DNA of 51,190 nucleotides from Polymyxa betae A26-41. Its lineage: Eukaryota; Protista; Endomyxa: Phytomyxea. The notes beneath the pieces were generated by a model, which made no database searches, was not told the origin of the DNA, and saw only the letters and a list, made by a program, of their open reading frames with translations. The position numbers were made by a program, and so were the translations under genes. The DNA is taken from assembly GCA_003693705.1 (NCBI GenBank), contig RBZT01000180.1, positions 1 through 51,190 of the forward strand, written 5' to 3'. Positions 43,761-51,190 of this stretch are shown in pieces. Positions within the stretch are counted from its first letter, which is position 1, and every line of letters begins with the position of its first letter.

Positions 43761-45936
43761 TTATCGCCGATTGGCACCAAAGTAATGCGGCTCGGACGCA
43801 TCCATCGTGCAATCGCTGTCGACGGTCGGGACGACGATCTCCTGACTGAACTTGACGCGAGCGCCGTTCTGCATCCTCTCCACACGAAACGCTTTCATCC
43901 CTCGGCCTTTGTCGTCGTCGCCGGCTGCCTTCACCGGCTGCGTCGACAGCTGCATGGCGCCATTCGCGACGTTGTAGGGACCGGAGGTCGGCGCCCATCT
44001 CACGCTATGTCCCTCCATGACGTTCATGATCGGCGCCTGCTGATTCATTCCGACAGCGACGGCGACGGGCCGCGACTCGAACGACACCGGCGGCGCCTGC
44101 GACCGGACGTGGGCGTAGCTGTCCTTGTTGCGCGACCAGCAGCAGCACACGACCGCCATCGTCGTCGTCAGGCAGGCGCCCGCGATCAGCAACAGGCTCT
44201 GGGTCAGGACGTCGCTCGAATCGGACAGCGGCGACGTCGGGCACGGGGCCGGGCTGATGACGTACGACGCCGGGCCGCAGCTGACGACGTGCACGCCCAC
44301 GATCTGCAGGGCGACCGGCGGCGTGCTGGCCCAGACCAGCAGGGTTCCGGCCCGCAGGTCGCTGTCCTTGATCTGGATCTGCTGGGCGAACAGCGAGGCG
44401 ACGATGGTGGCGTCGGGGTCGGTGGCGTTCGGCAGGACGACGAACGACAGGACCGTGGACGCCACCGTCTGCTGCTGGAATTCGACCAGGACGAAGCGGG
44501 ACGGGGGGACGGCCAGGGCGTGGCTCGTGTCGGCGACGAACGACGCCATCAGCTCTTGCGTGGCCGAATCGGAGAGCGTCGACGTGCGCAGACCGATCGC
44601 GAGCGAGATCTGCCAGGCATTGATGCTGGACGGCGCCTTCGACGACGGACTTTGCCTATTGAGATTTTGACGTTGGATTTTACAGGTTTGATCGAAAACG
44701 CAAAACTGAAAATTTTCACCATTTTCATCAAAAAAAAATTGTGGATTGAAAAAATCAACGTTGGATTTCTTACGGGGACGAAGACGTTATCGATAGCACG
44801 TTGGACGTATTCGTGGACGACCAGTACGACGTATTCGCCAACGATGACGAAGGGCTGACAGACGGCGACAGCCTGGACGGCGACGGCGACGCGGACCGCG
44901 GACGAGACGCCGATGGCGGCGGACTCGACGACGGCGGCGGACTTGACGACGGCGGCGGACTTGACGACGGCGGCGGACTTGACGACGGCGGCGGACTTGA
45001 CGACGGCACCGAACACGTCAAGGAGAGGTGAATGGTCTTCTTATAGCCGCTGCAGGGGTCCGACGGGTAATTCGAATAGGTCTGGGGAATACTGCACCAG
45101 TTGCGGTTGAGGCACTGGCCCGCCACGGCCTCCGTACTGTCCAGGTTACAGGCGGGGTTCGGGACGGCATTGGGCCAGACACCCTGCGATCGTCCCCAGT
45201 TCGCCTTCTCCACGCTCACGAACACGCCGTTGCCGGCGCAGGCGATCAGGCCGCGATTCGCGTCCTGTTCGAGGGCGAAGGCGCCCAGCTGCGACCCGAT
45301 CTGCCAGAAATGCATCGTGGGCGCCGACCTCCAGGTTTTCATCTCGTAATCGTTCAGGGCGAGGTTGGAGTCGAACACGCGCATCGTCGACACGTACGCC
45401 GGGACGGGCGGCGGCGTCGTCGCCGACAACGCCGCCACGACCATGACGGCGGTCGCGGCCGGCACCATGTCGCCTTTGGGCGTGAATCGTTTGGTGAAGG
45501 GCGCCTTGGAGTCGAGATTCGACAGATAGAACATCAGGTATCGGGAGGCGCCGTTCTCGATCGTCAGGCCGAACGAGAACCAGTTGTCGAGGGCGATTCG
45601 AGGCCCGATGAACGTCTCGACGCCCGACGTCGTGTTGATGTCGGCGGCCAGATACGTGTTGTTGGCGATGTAAACGGCCGGCAGGGCCGTGACGGAGTCG
45701 TTGGCGGGCCGTACGGCGAACAGGAGGCGGTACGACGAGGGGTATGCGGACGGGATCTGGGCGAATCCCTGATAGGAGACGGAGATGGAGGCGGTCGCGT
45801 TCATGGAGCGGAAGATGGTGTTGGGGGCCGTGGCGTCGTCCGCACTCCGATACGGATCGGCGAAGAGCTCCTGCGTGACGGCATGGGCGAGGGCGGAGGC
45901 CGCTATCAGACCTACCACAAGACCAGCAACGGTCAT
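43761..45936 (-). CDS. Surface lectin paralog D (2 exons; intron 44656-44773)
   Basis: MTVAGLVVGLIAASALA signal; ACAGNGVFVSVEKANWGRS..DPCSGYKKTIHLSLTC; SSPPPS repeats; NAWQISL; TM LLLIAGACLTTTMAVVCCCW. Confidence 0.85.
44915..45007 (-). repeat. 18-nt tandem repeat x5 encoding SSSPPP in the paralog D stalk
   Basis: gacgacggcggcggactt repeated on the + strand. Confidence 0.9.
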
Positions 45937-46545
45937 CTGGATATCATGAACCTGCGCCCCCCAGATATTCACGATGCCGTACGGCCCGATCGCATCTTGT
46001 GCCTAAACACGAATCGTCTCCACATCTCTCAACGTCACCGACGACTGGATTTCCGATGAGAAAAACACAAAGCGATCGTTGGTTGTAGAAGGGCGTCCGC
46101 GAGATTCTTTATTTGATTTAAGATAAGCGATCGTCTGTTTGACGAATTCGAGATCGAAACACGATGGAGTCCTGGAAACCCTAAATCCTAAACCCTTTGT
46201 CACCTGAAATCATCAGGGTTATTCTGTTCAGGCATCGACGTCATGGGTAACGTAACATTGATAGAGGACGGCGAATGTAACGACAACAAGAGATGGACTC
46301 GGCCATGAAGCACGTTAAAACATCACGGGATGCGGCGTACATTGACGACGCCTGTCACGTTATCAGCCAGGCAGGATCCCGACCAAAGTCCGCGTCGGAC
46401 TTCGCTCACGGGGCCGTCCCAAACCCCGGAGCTTCGCACAAAGACAGGCCGCAGCGGGTCGCGGCGCCATTCACGCAATCAATACACACTGAGGGACGTT
46501 CATTATGACACGTGCCGCACGCACAATATCTCCGCCATCATCGCC

Positions 46546-48769
46546 ATGCTGCTGCTGCTGCTTCTACAGATGACGGCGGCCTCCGCCCAGTCCCTCGACC
46601 CACGTCCCACAGTACTGCTCTTCGACACGCCGTACCGGACCACGGCCACGGTCGCCAACCCGGCCTACGATGCCAGCAACTTCGCGGACATCAGCTCTGT
46701 TGAAGTCTCGTATCATGGGTGGGCGCAGGTCGCGGCCCCGTTGCTGACGCGCCCACGGACTTTGTTCACGGTGCGTCCGTCGGCGTCCAGTAAGACGGCG
46801 ATTCCGCAGGTGTTCGTGACGAGCGACGGGTTCCTGGGCGTGACCATGCAGACGACGGCCGGTCTGGAGACTTTCATCGGTCCGAACGTAACGTTGAACG
46901 AGTGGTTCTCGTTTGGCGTTACCATCAAGAACGGTGACGGGCGCACCGTAACGTTGTCACGGTATCCGAAGATTCTGACCACGACGTTCACGCCGCAGGG
47001 CGACCTGTTGATGGCCACGGCGCCCGTCGTCATCGTCGACGTCGTTACGACGGCGACGTGGCCGGTCCCCGTCTATCTATCGACATTAAGGGCGATGCCA
47101 TATATCTGGACCAGTCCGGAGTTCCGAAATCTGCGTGGATCTGGTCCCGATGATTTCTGGTATCAGAACGGCGCCGAGTTCGGCGGGTTCTCGTGGGTGA
47201 CGGGGTTTAAAACGTCCGCTCCGAATATCACCTGCGCGGGCACCGCCGCGGTCTTCACGGATGTGGTGGCGGCCTATTATGGGACCCCGGCCGGGCTCTC
47301 GCCGCACCTAACCCCCGATCCGGACTGTGATATGGGCCCCGGACTTGTAGATCTATTAAAAGGTCGGTGTCTCGGACTGCGCACCTGTTCGCTGCCTCAT
47401 TCGACGGACGAGTTCGGTGTGGGTCCATGTAGGGGTACGCAGAAATGGATCACTGTGCAGATGACGTGTGGCGCGGCCACCAAAGCGTCGTCGACATCGC
47501 GACCTTTATCCGCGTTATCAGTGGTCACGTTGTCGCCATCATCAGCGCGGCCTTCGTCTGCGTCNNNNNNNNNNNNNNNNNNNNNNNNNNNNNNNNNNNN
47601 NNNNNNNNNNNNNNNNNNNNNNNNNNNNNNNNNNNNNNNNNNNNNNNNNNNNNNNNNNNNNNNNNNNNNNNNNNNNNNNNNNNNNNNNNNCGCCATCCTC
47701 AGCGCGGCCTTCGCCTGCGTTACCGGTCCCGTCATCATTCTCAGCGCGGCCTTCGCCTGCGTTACCGATCACGTCCTCCTCCTCCGCGCGGCCTTCGCCT
47801 GCGTCGCCGGTCACGTCACAATCGGCCATGTCGAAAGTTGTAGCGTCCGTGTCGGATCATGCCCCGCCCTCGGGGTCCAGTACGTCCGGCGCGGACCAGA
47901 CCGTGACGCTGACTACGGGCGCATCTGCGGTGTCATCGTTGCCGATCTGGGCCTGGTTGGTATCGTTACTGATCGCGGACCCAGTGGACGGCCACAATCA
48001 GGGCAATAAGGCCGTCACGCTGCAGACGTTCGTGATGGACGCGGCCACGGCCATGAACGTCACCACATCACGCCTGGCGCTGGCCGACGCCGTCTCGCAT
48101 TCCGACCTGTCCACGCTGCTGTCGTTCGTGATTCTCCCGGACGCCGTCACGGACCCGGACGGGACTCGGCTGGTCGCCGCCTTCCGTCAGGGAATGCAGG
48201 CCCCGGGCAGCATGCTGCGATCCGCCACGCTGCTGAATTCGGCGCCGGCGCCGCCCGTCGACATCAACATCGTCGCCGTCCGCCTCATGGTCTGCGCCGC
48301 GGGCCAGTACGCGTTCTTCACGACGCTCGGCAATCCGTGCCGCGCCGGGGCCGTCACCTCCGCCACGGACCAGTCCGACACGCATTCCAATCAGACCTGG
48401 ATCGTTGTGGTCGGCGTCCTGGGCGCTGTCGTCATCGCCGGCGTCCTCGTGGTGGGCCGTACCGGCCCACCACGAGGGCTGTTCGCCCGAATTCCGCGCG
48501 CCGAAAAAACCTCGCTCCGCCCGCAGATGTCGTCGTCGTCCGAGGCCATCAATTTCGGCCTGGATACGACCGAGAACCGGTTCGATATGTTCGCCGACGA
48601 GGTGGGCGCCGTACCGGCCCCGGTCGCAGCCGCGGCGCCGATGACGGCGTCCGACGACCGACTGTCGGCGAAGAAATGGAAGAAGACTCGGATCGAGCGG
48701 CTGCGTCACGGAGCCCGGGATAAGTTCCGACAGGCGGCGCTAACGATAGATGGCGACTCGATTTTGTAG
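46546..48769 (+). CDS. Surface lectin paralog E (spans the assembly gap; no intron seen)
   Basis: MLLLLLLQMTAASAQS signal; LFDTPYRT; ITCAGTAAVFTDVVAAYYGTP..CLGLRTC..GPCRGTQKWITVQMTC; SSARPSP stalk repeats flank the gap; SEA-like domain; TM WIVVVGVLGAVVIAGVLVVG. Confidence 0.8.
47565..47690. other. Assembly gap (126 N) within the 39-nt stalk repeats of paralog E
   Basis: Run of n flanked by cagcgcggccttcg repeats. Confidence 0.99.
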
Positions 48770-49080
48770 ATGCTCGGCGCGGCCCCGCGGCCGTCGTCCC
48801 GCACTCCGTGATGACCTCCCATTCGGACTGTTCTCACTGAACAGCGCCACCGGGGCCGGGCTGAAGGCCCCCCCTCTTCGATTCACACAGCGAGACGACT
48901 GCATTCACGTTGCTCTGGAAAACGTGAGCCATCATTTTAGTCAATAGAATTTACTACAACAGATTTTGCGTTACACTTATGAAGTGGTGACCTGTAACGT
49001 TAGCACAGGTACCTTTATCACAGACCTGCAGAGGCACGCGTATATCGCTCTATCTCAATATCTCGATCATCATCGCCGTG

Positions 49081-50346
49081 ATGTTATCCCTCCTGTATAT
49101 GATCATGGCGGCCTCCGTCCACGCTGTTAATACGTCTCTGACCTATAACGAACTATTCACGGAGGCGTATCGTGTCACGACCACGGTCCCGGTCGGAATG
49201 TTCCGCCAACAGACGAACCTGACAGCCGTTGGTGTATCGTATATGGGCTGGGCCCAGATCCCATCGACCTCGTCCTCTCCTAATCGTCTCGCCTTTCACA
49301 TCCATCCGAATCTGGACCCGTCGATGGCGTTACCGAAACTGTTCGTCGCCAAAAGTCGCTTTCTGGCCTTAAACGTTACAACGACGGCCGGTCAGGAAAC
49401 GTTAATCGGTCCGAATGTCACCAGTGACACGTGGTTCTCGTTCGGCGTGGCGATTCAGAACGGCCCCGGGCGTCACGTTACCTTTTACGTTTCGTATCGA
49501 GTCGGAATCGGGCAGCGGGTCACGCCGCAATACGACACGAAGTCCGTCGCTCTGCGCGGCGATATGAGAACATCGCCGTCAGCGATGGCGACCGTCGGCG
49601 CCGTCACGCTCACCACGGACTCCGTGGCGGTCTATCTGATCCAGCTGCGGGTGTTTGCCTCGGCCCTGGACGCGGCCTCCTTCGATCTGTTCCGCTTCAA
49701 CTTCCCGCCGCCCTTCTACTACGCGATCGGCGCTCAGGTCGGCGGGATCGCGTTCGAGCGCTCCTCCGCCGAACGAAACCTGTCCTGCCCGGACGGCCTG
49801 GTCGTCGCCTCCGTCGACGACGCCTTCTACGGACGTCCGCGCGGCTTGTTCCCGAACATCGCCGCCAGTCCGACCTGCGATCTCGGCCCTTCCGCCATCA
49901 CCGTCGTCCAGCGCGCCTGCCTCGGCAAACGTTCGTGCGCGGTGCCGCGAACCAACGTCCAGTACGGCGCCGATCCGTGCGTGGGCAGCAGCAAATGGGT
50001 GGCGGTGGCGTTCTCGTGCGCGCTGCCGACGACCAATGCCTGGCGCCTGTCGCTGACGATCGCGGCCGTCGTCAACGACGCCATCGCCTTTGTCAACGAG
50101 ACCAGCGCGGCGTTGAAGCGGCCGCCGACGCGCTTCAAAAACGTCGAGTTCGCGCAGCGGACGGCGTCGTCGACGCTGGTGGCGTTCGTGATCGTCGCCG
50201 ATCCCCGGACGGATCCGGACGGGCTCCTGCTGGTCGTCGATTTCTGCGAACAGATGCAGATCGCCGGCAATCGGCTGCGATCCGGGACCGTACTGGCCGC
50301 CGTCACGGACCCGGTCTCGATCGTGATCCAGAGCGTCTTTGTCTAA
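49081..50346 (+). CDS. Surface lectin paralog F: stalk-less, ends after the SEA-like domain with no TM (secreted form or truncated copy)
   Basis: MLSLLYMIMAASVHA signal; LSCPDGLVVASVDDAFYGRP..CLGKRSC..DPCVGSSKWVAVAFSC joined directly to NAWRLSL; stop after VSIVIQSVFV. Confidence 0.75.
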   Translation: MLSLLYMIMAASVHAVNTSLTYNELFTEAYRVTTTVPVGMFRQQTNLTAVGVSYMGWAQIPSTSSSPNRLAFHIHPNLDPSMALPKLFVAKSRFLALNVTTTAGQETLIGPNVTSDTWFSFGVAIQNGPGRHVTFYVSYRVGIGQRVTPQYDTKSVALRGDMRTSPSAMATVGAVTLTTDSVAVYLIQLRVFASALDAASFDLFRFNFPPPFYYAIGAQVGGIAFERSSAERNLSCPDGLVVASVDDAFYGRPRGLFPNIAASPTCDLGPSAITVVQRACLGKRSCAVPRTNVQYGADPCVGSSKWVAVAFSCALPTTNAWRLSLTIAAVVNDAIAFVNETSAALKRPPTRFKNVEFAQRTASSTLVAFVIVADPRTDPDGLLLVVDFCEQMQIAGNRLRSGTVLAAVTDPVSIVIQSVFV

Positions 50347-51190
50347 ATCTTGCCAGGGACGATTGCAGGTCTGATTTCGTTCCCGAAAGTGTCTCCTGAA
50401 ACGCTTAATCGACTGATAGAGCATTCTATCGCGTTGGAAACAATCGTCCGATTTTGATGGGTGTCAGAAAGGCGCATCTCCTGCTGAAAGCAGCATTTAG
50501 GGTTTCCACCCATCGAGCGATACAGTTGGTGCTCTTGATTAGGTCCCGTGATACTACGGGTCTTGCGCGACCCACAAGGCAACAGATCACCAGGAACTCG
50601 GCACCGATTACGACGATTCCGCTCTGGTCAATCCTCATACTAAAACTGACATCAATATTGTCGTTACCATCACTATTGAAATCGTCGAAATCAATGCACT
50701 GATATTGAAATTACTCCGACTAAGAAGCCGCCGCTAATCCAGTCTTGGTAGACCGTCCGTCCGATTCTATTCCGGGCCGAGGGGCAACCTCTCCCTCCGA
50801 GTAACGTGATTGCCGTGCCTTATGTTACCAATAACAAAGATTCTGTTGGATTGGTTTCCCGTCGTATTTTCTTGTACGGCCATGTGATCATTCGACTCTC
50901 GTTATCCTACTTTCTATTCCGCCATCAACACGATGTCTTGGCCTGGATTCGAACTCACTATGTTACGATGGCAGTGCCCATAAGCTCGATTCAATATGAC
51001 AATGTTCCTGCCCACAAAAGTCCGGAGGATATGCCCGTGACGGACGGGCAACACACTAAGTGTTGAAGCCTGCAGTGGCAGTCATAATCCGATTACGCGC
51101 CCAGTGGAACGTAAGTGGTCGTTCTCATGATTTCTCTAGATCGATCGCTGTACTTCTCGACTTTAATGTTGTTAATGAATTTAATATACT

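Noticed and set aside
43219-43785. WDTAG and QDTPG GTPase G3-like words in short ORFs between paralogs C and D
   Set aside because: No P-loop or NKxD in context; likely chance or unrecognisable decay
44915-45007. Regular short repeats as a possible CRISPR array (also 9798-9842 and 29384-29464)
   Set aside because: Eukaryotic context, no unique spacers, no cas genes; these are coding tandem repeats or TE subterminal repeats
47468-48009. Apparent frameshift in paralog E
   Set aside because: The frame change falls across the N gap, whose length is only an estimate
43752-50424. Long antisense or alternate-frame ORFs (43752-44858, 45028-46059, 48068-48709, 49431-50399, 49579-50424; also 38749-39444 and 41082-41642)
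   Set aside because: Shadow ORFs of GC3-rich or Ser-rich lectin genes; low complexity, no independent motifs
50640-50880. FG-GAP-like words (DDFNSDGND on minus; IAVPYVTNNKDSVG on plus)
   Set aside because: Opposite strands, short, no supporting repeats

Overview
Eukaryotic, gene-dense genomic window with many short (~45-125 nt) GT-AG introns. It looks like a compact protist genome; a plasmodiophorid/rhizarian-type parasite is a guess, not shown by the sequence. Left half (0.3-28.5 kb) holds mostly housekeeping genes: alanyl-tRNA synthetase, a PB1 + catalytically dead PARG-like protein, a FANCJ/RTEL1-type Fe-S helicase, an acidic single-pass protein with FFAT-like motifs, glutamyl-tRNA synthetase, transportin-SR, a glycosyltransferase-like protein, TGS1, a CHD7-type remodeller and a cNMP-binding protein. 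A transposon graveyard (hAT and Harbinger-Myb remnants, ~29.3-33 kb) follows. The right half (33.4-50.3 kb) is an atypical rhomboid protease directly abutting six paralogous surface proteins: signal peptide - LamG/ConA-like domain - SUEL/Gal_Lectin domain - Ser/Pro stalk - SEA-like domain - TM - conserved cytoplasmic tail. Several TM helices carry IAG/AGG rhomboid-substrate-like motifs. This candidate rhomboid-shed lectin-adhesin locus is the most interesting system here. Exon boundaries were read by eye, and an assembly gap (N) lies at 47565-47690.
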